DNA from: a virus
Length of the DNA stretch: 44,238 nucleotides
IMG/VR virus record: IMGVR_UViG_3300030735_000039
Strand: one strand, 5' to 3'
In this document: positions 31,601 to 39,517 of the stretch, one piece after another
Layout of the letters: each line of letters begins with the position of its first letter
Numbering within the stretch: the stretch's first letter is position 1
Program-made: the position numbers and the translations under genes
Notes under the pieces: model-generated
Seen by the model: only the letters and a program-made list of their open reading frames with translations
Told to the model about the DNA's origin: nothing
Database searches by the model: none

Positions 31601-32905
31601 CGAGAACACGGCCGTCACGAAGCCCGTCGCGATCGCCTGGGCGTTCAGGGCGATGGTGAGGCCACCGACGAGGACGATGACCGGTAGCAGCCAGGCGCCC
31701 CACTTGTTGATCCAGGCGCCCGTCGCCTCGAACGCGTCACCCGCCCAGCCCACGCCTTGGATCAGCCCGTTGATGCCGGGCAGAACGACCGCGTTCACGA
31801 CCTGTCCGAAGGTGTCGGTGAAGCGGCGCTTGAGGACTTCGAGGCGGGTGGCGGTGTTGCCCCGGATGGTCTTGCCCAGCTTCGCCGCGGCCCCGGCCGT
31901 CTTATCCATGCCGGCGGACGCCGCGGCGGAGGCGGGGTCCATGGCGAACAAGGCGTCGCCCATCACGGTGCCCGGGTCACCGAACAGAGCGGTGGCGGCG
32001 GTCAGCTTGGTGGTCTGGTCCTCGGTGCCGCGCAGCGCGTCGAGGGTCTGCTGAAGCGCGCTGGTCGCCGACGAGCCGCCCTTGCCGATGAGGTCGGCCA
32101 TGTTCCCGGCGTCCAGGCCGATGGACTTGAAGGCGTCCTTCACGCCCTGCTCGGAGGCAAGCGCGAGTTCACCGAACTGGCCGATGGCGTCGGCGACCTG
32201 GTCGCTGTCGCGGGCGCCGCCCTTGATGGCCTGGTCGATCAGGCCGATGGCCATCTTGCCGTCGAGCCCGACCCGCCGGAACTGGGTCGAGTACTCGTTC
32301 ATCGTGTCCAGCAGGTCGTCGGCCTTGTTCGCCGACGACTGGAAGCCCCGGGTGAGGATGTCCAGGGCCTGGCCGCCGTCCTTGGCCATCCCGGTGCGGA
32401 TCATCTGAGCGGCTGCGTTCGCCGTCTTCGACAGATCCTGCTCGAAGGTGCTGGACAGGTCGGTGACCTTCACGGTCAGCGACTCGATCGCCTTACCCGT
32501 GGCCTTCTCCGGAATCAGGCCGGAGCCCATCACCTGCCGGACGGACTCGGCGCCCTCCTCGAAGGTGTCGACAACCGCCTTGGAGTACAGGCTGCCTGCG
32601 AGCTTTCCGGCCCGCTCGGCCCCCTTGCCGGAAGCGCCGAGCTGTCCGGCGAGGCGGTCGGCGGTCTTCTCCTTCTCCAGCTGCTTGACCGCTGAGGCCG
32701 CGATCGCGGCACCCAGCAGGGCGCCGACCGCGGCGCCCCCGGTCTTCAGCTTCTCCCGCATCCCGCCGACCATCTCGTCGCCGCCGGCTTCACCGGCAGC
32801 CCGGGAAGCCTGAGCGACCGGCTCCCCGATCTCCCGCGCGAGCTGCCTGCCGAAGCCGGACATGTTCGGCAGGACGTCGACCCACACAGCACCAGCGCGG
32901 GGCAT
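28682..32905 (-). CDS. Tape measure protein (1407 aa) with embedded NlpC/P60-like domain and tandem membrane-helix repeats
   Basis: Supported by size, position after the frameshifted chaperones, and a TP901-type core (AQMIRTGMAKDGG...DLLDTMNEYSTQF). The peptidase motif is KPYQWGGNGDPSWDCSGF...GHTAG. Confidence 0.92.
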   Translation of the reverse strand: MPRAGAVWVDVLPNMSGFGRQLAREIGEPVAQASRAAGEAGGDEMVGGMREKLKTGGAAVGALLGAAIAASAVKQLEKEKTADRLAGQLGASGKGAERAGKLAGSLYSKAVVDTFEEGAESVRQVMGSGLIPEKATGKAIESLTVKVTDLSSTFEQDLSKTANAAAQMIRTGMAKDGGQALDILTRGFQSSANKADDLLDTMNEYSTQFRRVGLDGKMAIGLIDQAIKGGARDSDQVADAIGQFGELALASEQGVKDAFKSIGLDAGNMADLIGKGGSSATSALQQTLDALRGTEDQTTKLTAATALFGDPGTVMGDALFAMDPASAAASAGMDKTAGAAAKLGKTIRGNTATRLEVLKRRFTDTFGQVVNAVVLPGINGLIQGVGWAGDAFEATGAWINKWGAWLLPVIVLVGGLTIALNAQAIATGFVTAVFSAYRAAILVGTAVTSGFAAAQAVLNAVMALNPFVLIAIALVALGVALVVAYKKSETFRNVVQGAFKAVSVAALWLWNVVLKPVVGFIVTAFKWWWTAVKIYATAVGVIFYALGAVAVWLWQKAISPVIGWIVGGFRLWWTGVKLYFSLVSAGFRAVGAGAVWLWDVAISPTLDLIVGGFRLWWTGVKLYFGLVKTGFRAVGAGATWLWKTALLPAFRGIASVAKWLYDKGIKPPVDAAKAAAKAFGQAFTDAKDTIGKQFGKVGQLAKKPISFVINTVYNKGIVGTWNKVAKAFGAPTLKEFHPEGFARGGILAGQSSYRQGDDQLVPLRRGEGIAVSEAMRDPYERSRLLAVNRAAMHGKSLRPFQGQGFAEGGIFGWVGKAWDKGTDLAESGVAWLKDGVKASAEAGLNAVVKPLIEKISGSPSLYRDMITGIPKRMIKQIVGYSAKADGKLEAAGVGGKGYKSALSWARTQNGKPYQWGGNGDPSWDCSGFMSAIESVIRGQKAHRRWATGSFSGATAPSGWVKGKRSPFMIGITNSGVGHTAGTLNGVNVESRGGDGVIVGSRARSYKDALFTDWYGFAAKGYADGGKPRPGEVAWVGERGPELVKFGSGSAEVFNHRDSMRMWEGIGARGFAKGTTSARAKARKDIPGDLTNFTKSLTGSASDIAKASKELVKDLKAAGVGGKAMAASVTAASAKLQAMAKKRDAVSSRLEQAKTAATDQKQTAADFLGLGNLAEATSIGDVLSGMSDRQGTVRAREAQIALLSKKGLSQDLIGQLVAMGPDSQLAGVLSGANAGQIKQLNAMAKSGAKLSTSYGRTMADSMYDAGDAAAKGFLTGLLKQEAEIESAMARLGAAAVKAIRSKKGIDAHSPSRKGEQAGADLGAGLVAGMAAAGPAVVSAAERMASDAVPVGVVPVTSGAAARGSATGLDGRPLYLVVDDGTVLRAYVSDRVDDALDDVRRTKRAGKKG
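30926..31417 (-). repeat. Four tandem 132-bp (44-aa) repeats inside the tape measure gene
   Basis: The WLW motif recurs at residues 508, 552, 596 and 640. GGFRLWWTGVKLYF occurs twice. A roughly 45-nt DNA block near 31035 is nearly identical to one near 31167, exactly 132 bp away. Confidence 0.85.
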
Positions 32906-32909
32906 GGAC

Positions 32910-33655
32910 TCACCCCTTCTCTGCGTACTGGGGGGTCACCTGGGCGACGATCCGCAGGTAGCCGGAGCGTGCCTCGGTGGCCTCTTTGCGGGCCTTGTTC
33001 TTCCGCTTCTCAGCAGCGGCCTTCGGCTCGGGCCGCCAGACGGCCTCGGGATACGGCTGCGGCGGTGTCTTCTCCGCGCGGTTGGCGTTGCGGAAGTCGG
33101 TCACCAGCTGGCCCATCAGGTCGACCACGTCGGCCATCCGGAAGTCGCCGTACCCGAGGGCGTGCCCCGCAGCCGCGCGGGCCAGGGCGCCGTTCGGTGG
33201 CAGGCCCTCGACCAGGACGCGCAGCTTGCGCAGCGTGATCTCTCCGCGCCAGTACTCCGCCACCGGGTCGCGGGGCGCGTAGTGGTGGCACAGGTCGGCC
33301 TCGACGGCCTCGGGGTAGTGCCCGAGGACGTCTAGGACCGTGTAGGGCGCTTCTTCACCTGGTCACGCATGTCCTGCTGCACAGCCAGGAACAGCAGCGC
33401 GATGTCGTTGTCGGAGTGCCCGGCGGCCACGTACTTGTCGTACTGGTCCTCGCCGAGGATCGCGACCGCCTTCTCGCGGCTGCTCTCGGCGTCGTCGACC
33501 GCGGTCGACCACTCGTCGTCCGCGAACAGCGGGTGAGGGAAGGTGAGGACCTCGCCGTTGTCCAGCTCGAAATCCACCTCCTGTCCGCCCAGGGCCTCGG
33601 TGAACTGCTGCTTCACCTCGGACAGCTTGTAGCGCTTCTTGTTCGGCTTGCTCAC
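32910..33655 (-). CDS. Tail assembly chaperone -1 frameshift fusion product (G-T-like)
   Basis: The -1 frame is open from 33362 down to 32910 and encodes ...HYPEAVEADLCHHYAPRDPVAEYWRGEITLRKLRVLVEGLPPNG. Its stop lies 4 nt before the TMP start. Confidence 0.65.
33332..33655 (-). CDS. Tail assembly chaperone (G-like, 107 aa)
   Basis: It lies between the major tail and tape measure genes. The product is VSKPNKKRYKLSEVKQQFTEALGGQEVDFELDNGEVLTFPHPLF. GTG 33655 follows a purine-rich tract (alternative start ATG 33769). Confidence 0.75.
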   Translation of the reverse strand: MSKPNKKRYKLSEVKQQFTEALGGQEVDFELDNGEVLTFPHPLFADDEWSTAVDDAESSREKAVAILGEDQYDKYVAAGHSDNDIALLFLAVQQDMRDQVKKRPTRS

Positions 33656-33771
33656 GTGCGTCTCTTCTCTCGTGCGGGGGTGGGCCTCGGGGTGAACCGT
33701 GGAAGGCTCCGCGGCGGCGGGGCTCACCCCTGGCCGCCGCCGCGGAGCCCGCTTTCTGGGGGCGGTCATGC

Positions 33772-34743
33772 TCACGCGCCGCCGGGCGTGGTCGTGGTGA
33801 CGTTCACGGCCGGGCTGGTGCCGCCGGTCAGGCCAGCCGCCGAGGCCGTCATCTGCGCCACGTCCGTCTCGGCCAGCAGACCCTGGAACGTCACCGTCAC
33901 CGGCGTGCCCGGGTGCGGGCCGCCCGCGCACACCACGTCGCCGACCGCGATGTTGGACAGCGCCTCCAGCGCCGACTGCACCGCCGCTGCGGTGGCGTCG
34001 TAGGCGATCCCGGCCGTGGTCTGCCCGGAGTACGTGAGCGTGTAGGTGCCGCCGGTCGGTCCGCCGGTGATCGCGACCTGCTGGACCTCGTTGGACAGCG
34101 GCTCCAGGTCGCGCCAGCCGGGCCCGTCGATCCACGTCAGGCAGTCCGTGCCGAGGGCGTCGTCGACGTAGGCCTGGTAAGTGACGCCGCGTGCGATCTC
34201 CGCCGTGCGCGTCCACTGCTCGTCTTCCCGGCCGGTGCGCAGCGCGGACGGCATGTGCCGGACGATGTAGAGCGCCTGGCCGGTGCTCTTGTTGAGGTCC
34301 TCGGCGATGAACACCAGGCGCCGGTAGCGGGTGGGCGGGGTCTTCGGCCGCGACCACGTCCACGCCTCGGAGCCGATCACGGGCAGTGCCCCAGGCCCGG
34401 ACAGTGGGAGGTTCTCGTACAGGGCGACCGCCGCGGCGTTCGTCTCCTGCGGAACCCACTGGGCGGTTGCGGTGTCGGTCTCGACGTCCGAGCGGGTCGG
34501 CGAGGCGGACTGTCCGGACTCCACGTCCGAGGTCGACAGGTCGCCGGAGAAGGTGACGCCGTCGGTCGTGGTGTAGCCGACCGGGACGTATCCGGCGGGC
34601 AGGGTCTGAAGGACGCCGTCCTCGTCGAACGGCGCGGACACGGCGTCCGCACTCGCGTCCGCGGCGAAGATGGCGTAGCGGAGCGCCTTGCGGATCAGCG
34701 ACGAGCGCAGCTCCGCGATGGTGGTGAAGTCAGCGGCCGGCAT
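33772..34743 (-). CDS. Major tail protein with C-terminal Ig-like/display domain
   Basis: Supported by position and size. The C-terminal module is ITGGPTGGTYTLTYSGQTTAGIAYDATAAAVQSALEALSNIAVGDV...TVTFQG. Confidence 0.8.
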   Translation of the reverse strand: MPAADFTTIAELRSSLIRKALRYAIFAADASADAVSAPFDEDGVLQTLPAGYVPVGYTTTDGVTFSGDLSTSDVESGQSASPTRSDVETDTATAQWVPQETNAAAVALYENLPLSGPGALPVIGSEAWTWSRPKTPPTRYRRLVFIAEDLNKSTGQALYIVRHMPSALRTGREDEQWTRTAEIARGVTYQAYVDDALGTDCLTWIDGPGWRDLEPLSNEVQQVAITGGPTGGTYTLTYSGQTTAGIAYDATAAAVQSALEALSNIAVGDVVCAGGPHPGTPVTVTFQGLLAETDVAQMTASAAGLTGGTSPAVNVTTTTPGGA

Positions 34744-34804
34744 CGCGGCCCCCTTCCATGACGAAGCCCCCGCGCGGGCGGGGGCTGGTGGGTTGCCGTG
34801 CGCG

Positions 34805-35188
34805 TCAGGCGTCGGTGCTGGCGCGGGTGGTGAGCGTGTAGGTGGCGATCGCCCGGCGCACGCCGGGGTTGCCGTAAGGGACCTGCACCGGGCGTTGCAG
34901 GGTGTCGACGGTGTCGATGACGACGCCGCCCGCGACTGCTGCGGCCAGGGCGTGGACGGCCTGGCGAGCCTGCTCGGCGAGCAGCCACATGGCGGACCGG
35001 TCAGCGCCGAATGCCTCCACGTCGATGGTGGCGGTGTCGCTGGTGTGGCTGTCGGCGCCGCCCGCTACCTGGACGACGACCACCGGAACGAGCGTCTCGA
35101 CCTTGGCCGGGACCTCGTCGGTGACGCGCACGCCCGTCAGGTGGGTTCGCATCCCCTTCATGACGGCCAGCTCGATGTCCGGCCACAT
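34805..35188 (-). CDS. Tail terminator-like protein
   Basis: It is the last connector gene before the major tail protein. TGATG overlap with the upstream gene. Confidence 0.6.
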   Translation of the reverse strand: MWPDIELAVMKGMRTHLTGVRVTDEVPAKVETLVPVVVVQVAGGADSHTSDTATIDVEAFGADRSAMWLLAEQARQAVHALAAAVAGGVVIDTVDTLQRPVQVPYGNPGVRRAIATYTLTTRASTDA

Positions 35189-35493
35189 CAGCTCTCCCCG
35201 GTGCGGGCTGCCCGTCCGAGGATGCGGCGCCGGGCGGTGGTGCTGTCGCCGTACTCGTGTGCCTCGGCGTCCGCCCGGTCGGCGAGCACCTTGGCGGTCG
35301 GCCGGCCGCGCGGCCGGATCTCCTCCGCGACGGTGATGGAGTCGGCGAACTCGTCGCCGATCTCGGCGCGCGCGAGCGCCTGGGCGCGCGGCACGATCTC
35401 CTCCGCTGTCTCCCGCAGAGCGTCCCGGACCGGGGCCGACTGCATGACCTCCGGCAGGCACGCCGGGTCGAACTCGAACCGGATGCCGCTCAT
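35188..35493 (-). CDS. HK97 gp10-family tail-component protein
   Basis: Supported by position and size (101 aa). ATGA overlap with the upstream gene. Confidence 0.65.
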   Translation of the reverse strand: MSGIRFEFDPACLPEVMQSAPVRDALRETAEEIVPRAQALARAEIGDEFADSITVAEEIRPRGRPTAKVLADRADAEAHEYGDSTTARRRILGRAARTGES

Positions 35494-35828
35494 CCGCTCA
35501 CCACCTTCAGGAACGCCTCGGTGTGGTCGAGGATCCCGGCGAAGCTGCCGTGCTCGCCCGGGTCCCCGTCGATCTCGTACAGCACCCCGTCGAACCGGAT
35601 GCGGGACAGGGCGGTCAGGCCCATGCCGGGCGGCCCGGCCAGCCGCCAGCGGGTGACGACCTGCGTGCGGTCGTCGTTCTGCTCGGTCGAGGCGACGGGC
35701 TGCATGTTGCAGTCCGACACCTCGCGTTCGACGTCCTCGTACACGTCGTGCCCGCGGTCGTCCTGCCCGGTCAGGATCCGGTCGATGACGGTGACCGTGT
35801 GCCGCCGCAGCGGGTTCGCGAGCGGCAT
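35490..35828 (-). CDS. Head closure/head-tail joining protein (SPP1 gp16-like)
   Basis: HTVTVIDRI...CNMQPVASTEQNDDRTQVVTRWRL...IRFDGVLYEIDGDP fits the family pattern. TGATG overlap with the upstream gene. Confidence 0.7.
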   Translation of the reverse strand: MPLANPLRRHTVTVIDRILTGQDDRGHDVYEDVEREVSDCNMQPVASTEQNDDRTQVVTRWRLAGPPGMGLTALSRIRFDGVLYEIDGDPGEHGSFAGILDHTEAFLKVVSG

Positions 35829-36373
35829 CAGGCGTCGTCCCCCCGGTTCAGGCGGTGCGCCTCGACAGCGGCCCGCCACTGCTCGGTGATACCGACCGCG
35901 GCCGTCACCGCGAACGAGACGGATTCGGTGCCGGTGGTCACCTGCTGGATCGCCGGGTCCGTGCGGTAGATGGCGCGGGCCTGGTCGATGACCGCCTCGG
36001 ACACCTCGCCCGGGACCGGGTCAAGGCCGTGGTCCCACGAGACGGTGATCTCCGACCACTCCGGCCAGCAGCCGTCAGGGTGCAGCAGCAGCCCGGCCTG
36101 CCGGCGCACCTTCACCCCGGCCAGTTCCTCGCCGTCGACGAGGACGGAGTGCACGGCCAGGACCGGGCAGGCGGGCAGGCGCAGTACGGCCTGCCCGCTG
36201 CCGTCGAGGTACGACGTGTCGTCCGTGACCAGCGAAACGGGGTGACGGACCTGCCCGCGGAACCGCCTGGTGGCGGCGCGCAGTGCGGCCAGCAGCTGCA
36301 CGTCGCTGGCGGGCACGCCCAGGAACTCGGCCAGGTCGGACGGCTCGGCGAGGTACGGGGCCGCCGCTGCCAC
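35828..36373 (-). CDS. Head-tail connector (gp6-like adaptor)
   Basis: The N-terminus APYLAEPSDLAEFLGVPASDVQLLAALRAATRRF is typical. GTG 36373 follows the CTGACC junction. Confidence 0.7.
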   Translation of the reverse strand: MAAAAPYLAEPSDLAEFLGVPASDVQLLAALRAATRRFRGQVRHPVSLVTDDTSYLDGSGQAVLRLPACPVLAVHSVLVDGEELAGVKVRRQAGLLLHPDGCWPEWSEITVSWDHGLDPVPGEVSEAVIDQARAIYRTDPAIQQVTTGTESVSFAVTAAVGITEQWRAAVEAHRLNRGDDA

Positions 36374-36375
36374 GG

Positions 36376-36876
36376 TCAGGTCCCGGCGATGATGCCGCGC
36401 GTGCGCAGCGCGGCCAGCAGCGCGTTGTGGGCGTCCGCTGCGGCTGTGAGGCTGGCGAACGGGCTGGCGACGTTGTTGATGGTCGGCGCGGTGCCGGACA
36501 TGCCGCCCATCCCGACGGTCCGCAGCGGAGCCACCCGGATCACGGTGCCCGCCGCCGCGGCGTCGTCCAGTGCCATGCCGACCGCGTACAGGTCGCCGGG
36601 GTCGCTGACGAACGCCTTGCCCAGCGTGCCGCACCGGACCATGTTGCCCGGGTCGATCGCCTCTCCGGCCTCCACCTCCCACACGGCCCGGCCGGACACG
36701 GAGAACGTGAACTCCTCCTCGTCGGCCAGGTCGGTGCCGTCGGTGACTCCGACGGGGATCTCTCCGGCGACGGCGAGCCGCATCACGGCCCCGTCGTCGA
36801 CAGCCGCCGTGGTGGTGAGGAACCGGCGCTTGGGTGCGGCGCCGGACATCGTGACCTGGAACGTGCTCGTGCTCAT
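36376..36876 (-). CDS. Possible head decoration/DUF2190-like protein with C-terminal extension
   Basis: The beta-rich core is GEIPVGVTDG...GRAVWEVEAGEAIDPGNMV...GKAFV...AVGMALDDAAAAGTVIRV. It lies two genes after the capsid gene. Confidence 0.55.
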   Translation of the reverse strand: MSTSTFQVTMSGAAPKRRFLTTTAAVDDGAVMRLAVAGEIPVGVTDGTDLADEEEFTFSVSGRAVWEVEAGEAIDPGNMVRCGTLGKAFVSDPGDLYAVGMALDDAAAAGTVIRVAPLRTVGMGGMSGTAPTINNVASPFASLTAAADAHNALLAALRTRGIIAGT

Positions 36877-37139
36877 GCGGTGTCCTTCCCCATGATCGTC
36901 TTGCGGTTCTTGCCTGCGGCCTCGGCCGCCAGGACCCGCGCGGTCTCCGCCTCGTCCGCCGTGGCGAGGTGCTCCAGCACGGCCGGGGCATCGTGCTCGG
37001 ACGGGTCGAACAGCGGCTCGGGCTCTGCGAGCGCGCGCGTGAGCGGGCCCGCACCGGCGCCCGTGCGGGCGCGGTAGCGCGCCTCGTCCTCGGCCCTCAC
37101 GCGGATGCCGTCGATGGTCACCATCTTGTGGACCGGCAT
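36873..37139 (-). CDS. Hypothetical head-module protein (88 aa)
   Basis: The ATG overlaps the capsid stop (TGATG), and ATGA coupling links it to the next gene. Confidence 0.6.
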   Translation of the reverse strand: MPVHKMVTIDGIRVRAEDEARYRARTGAGAGPLTRALAEPEPLFDPSEHDAPAVLEHLATADEAETARVLAAEAAGKNRKTIMGKDTA

Positions 37140-38434
37140 CAGCTGCCACCCCCGGCGGGCTTCACCACGATCAGCCGGTTCGGCTTCCAGATGACCTGCT
37201 CCGCGCGCAGCTCCGCGCGGACGTAGACCAGGTTCCGCTGGGCGTAGTCCTTGTGCTGGTTGAACGCCAGGATGGACAGGCCCTCCACGTCGAGCAGGGC
37301 GACCTGCCGCCAGTCGCCGAGGATCACGGTCCCGGGGGCGAGCCGCTGGGACAGCGCGCGGGCGCGCCCCCAGCTGGTGTTCGGGCCCTGCCCGAACGGA
37401 CCCTGGCCCATGAACCGGTCCGTGGTGTCCTGGAGCAGGTCCCACGCCTCGTCGTCCTCCGGCGACATCAGGCACGCCGTCACGTTCCCGCCGGGCAGGG
37501 TCGTGATGCGAGTGATGGCCTGACGGATCGCCTTCACCTGCGCCATCGCGTTCGGGCCCGGCGAGTACGTCAGCTCCTGCACGCCCGTGGTGTGCAGGAT
37601 GCCCCTCGGCTCGCCGCTCGTACCGGGACCGTTCAGCAGCTTGTCCTCGATGACGCTGTCGAGGCTGTACTCCAGCTCGTTGTTCATGTACGTCGCCAGC
37701 GCCGGGGCGTCCGAGAGCAGGGCGTTGGTGACGTCGTAGCCGTCCGCGTAGGTGTACGGCTTGGCGTCCGCCAGTTCCGTCTGGATCGTCGACGTGGGCT
37801 TCACGGTGGCGTCGCCGGGGAGGATCTCGTCCGGGACGATGGCCGCGTTGCGGGTGACGCCGGTGACCTGGAGGTACTCGAACGGTCCGTCGGCCTCGCC
37901 CCGGGTGACGAGGTCGAGGATGGTCAGGTTGTCGCGGTCGACCTGGTCGACCATCGGCATCCGGACCGGCTGCACGTGGCCGAGGGCGACCTGGAGCGGG
38001 GACGCCGTGGCCTTCCGGCCGCCGAGCCACTCCTTCATGCTGCCGACCTTGACGCGGCCGATGTCGACCGCGCTGCCCTGACCGAGGCCGGTCGGGTGCT
38101 GCTTGCGGAACTCGCCGTACAGGCCCGACTTCACGAACCGCTCGCCGAGCGACGCGGCGTCGGCGACCTCCTGCCGGTCCTTCACCTGGAGAGCGCCGGC
38201 GGGCCCGGCCGGGGGCGTCCCGGGCTGGGTGCTCGCCTTCCCGGCCATCGCGGCGGCGGCGGCCTGCGCGTCGTCCGCGGCCTTCACCTTGCCCTCGACC
38301 TCGTCGGTCTCCGTCTTCAGCTCGTTGATCCGGGTCACCTCGTCATCGGTGAACTCCCGGTTCTCCTCGCGTGCCTTGGCGACGATGTCCGCCGCTTCCT
38401 TCAGCAGCGCCTGGAGCTTCTCGCGCAGCGTCAT
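37139..38434 (-). CDS. Major capsid protein, HK97 fold
   Basis: An N-terminal coiled delta-like region (MTLREKLQALLKEAADIVAKAREENREFTDDEVTRINELK) is followed by capsid-family motifs (GEPRGILHTTG). ATG 38434 overlaps the protease stop (ATGA). Confidence 0.9.
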   Translation of the reverse strand: MTLREKLQALLKEAADIVAKAREENREFTDDEVTRINELKTETDEVEGKVKAADDAQAAAAAMAGKASTQPGTPPAGPAGALQVKDRQEVADAASLGERFVKSGLYGEFRKQHPTGLGQGSAVDIGRVKVGSMKEWLGGRKATASPLQVALGHVQPVRMPMVDQVDRDNLTILDLVTRGEADGPFEYLQVTGVTRNAAIVPDEILPGDATVKPTSTIQTELADAKPYTYADGYDVTNALLSDAPALATYMNNELEYSLDSVIEDKLLNGPGTSGEPRGILHTTGVQELTYSPGPNAMAQVKAIRQAITRITTLPGGNVTACLMSPEDDEAWDLLQDTTDRFMGQGPFGQGPNTSWGRARALSQRLAPGTVILGDWRQVALLDVEGLSILAFNQHKDYAQRNLVYVRAELRAEQVIWKPNRLIVVKPAGGGS

Positions 38435-39234
38435 GCTGTCCTCCGTGCAGTCAGGTCTCGTGCGGTGATCCACGCATCGACCTGGGCGAGCGACGGACCG
38501 GCAGCCTTCGCGGGCGCCTCGGGGGCGGCGGCGGGCGGCTCGGCCGGCCGGTGGCCGGTCTCCTCGGGGTTGACCCGGCCGGACGGCCGGGAAGTCTTCT
38601 GCGGTTCGGCCGAGGCCAGCACCTCACCGATCGAGGCGTGCGCGCTGGACAGGGCGTCGTAGTTGGCCTGGCTCAGCACCCGGCCCGCCTTCGCACCGCG
38701 CACCAGGTCGGCGGCCTTCGCGGCGAGCAGCTCGGTTTGCTGGTTCGCGCCGACCAGGCACGGCCCCACCTCGTACAGGCGGGAGAACCGCTTGATCTCG
38801 TAGTACTCGCCCCACGGGTGCGCGGCCAGGTCGTCGGTGTCGACCCAGCCGCCCTCTCCGACGTCGTAGGCGAACGAGAACTGCTTGATCCGGCGGCCCT
38901 TCAGCAGGCCGTGCACGTGCTTCGCGGTCGGGTTGGTGTCCATGTCCTCGATCTGCGCGAGGACCTCCAGCCCGTCCGGTGTCTCGGTGGCCTCCATGAC
39001 GCTGCCGATGTGGGCGAACGGGTCGCCCCACTTGTGCGACCAGACGACCGGGATCGGGTCGCCGGACGCCTTCCACTCGGCGAGGACCTGGGCGAACGCG
39101 CCCGGGGCGATCACATCGCCCATGCTGTCCTCGTTGCCGAACACGGAGACGAGCGCCCGGAACTGGCCTTCCTTCAGTCCGTCGGCGGGACCGGCGGCCT
39201 TGATCCGGGCCTGTGCTTCCTTGGTGCGGGGCAC
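38431..39234 (-). CDS. HK97-family prohead protease (S78)
   Basis: FRALVSVFGNEDSMGDVIAPGAFAQVL...PVVWSHKW matches the family pattern. GTG 39234 follows the GGGGGGCTGACC junction. Confidence 0.88.
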   Translation of the reverse strand: MPRTKEAQARIKAAGPADGLKEGQFRALVSVFGNEDSMGDVIAPGAFAQVLAEWKASGDPIPVVWSHKWGDPFAHIGSVMEATETPDGLEVLAQIEDMDTNPTAKHVHGLLKGRRIKQFSFAYDVGEGGWVDTDDLAAHPWGEYYEIKRFSRLYEVGPCLVGANQQTELLAAKAADLVRGAKAGRVLSQANYDALSSAHASIGEVLASAEPQKTSRPSGRVNPEETGHRPAEPPAAAPEAPAKAAGPSLAQVDAWITARDLTARRTA

Positions 39235-39236
39235 GG

Positions 39237-39515
39237 TCAGCCCCCCACTCGCGGCGGCCAGCACCACGTACCGGCCTGGTCACCTTCGACGCGCGATGCG
39301 ACGAAGTAGTCGAACGGCCCGTCCATGAACACCTTGAGGTTCACGTCCGGGTGGCCGGTCACGGACGTCACGAGGGCCGCGTAACACTGCCCGGCCCGCG
39401 GCAGATTGGACTGGTCGAGCAGCGCCGTCGGGTTCGCCCTGAGCTGCGTGCGGACGGCTTTCACGTCGTGCTCGGACATGCGGTAGTGGACGATGCGGCC
39501 AACGGTGGGCTTCAC
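39237..39515 (-). CDS. Hypothetical head-module protein (92 aa)
   Basis: The product begins VKPTVGRIVHYRMSEHDVKAV... GTG 39515 follows the identical GGGGGGCTGACC junction. Confidence 0.6.
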   Translation of the reverse strand: MKPTVGRIVHYRMSEHDVKAVRTQLRANPTALLDQSNLPRAGQCYAALVTSVTGHPDVNLKVFMDGPFDYFVASRVEGDQAGTWCWPPRVGG

Positions 39516-39517
39516 GG

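Noticed and set aside
33656-33769. Longer tail-chaperone start at ATG 33769
   Set aside because: The extra 38 residues (TAPRKRAPRRRPGVSPAAAEP...) look like non-coding GC-rich sequence. GTG 33655 gives the conserved-looking N-terminus. It is kept as an alternative only.
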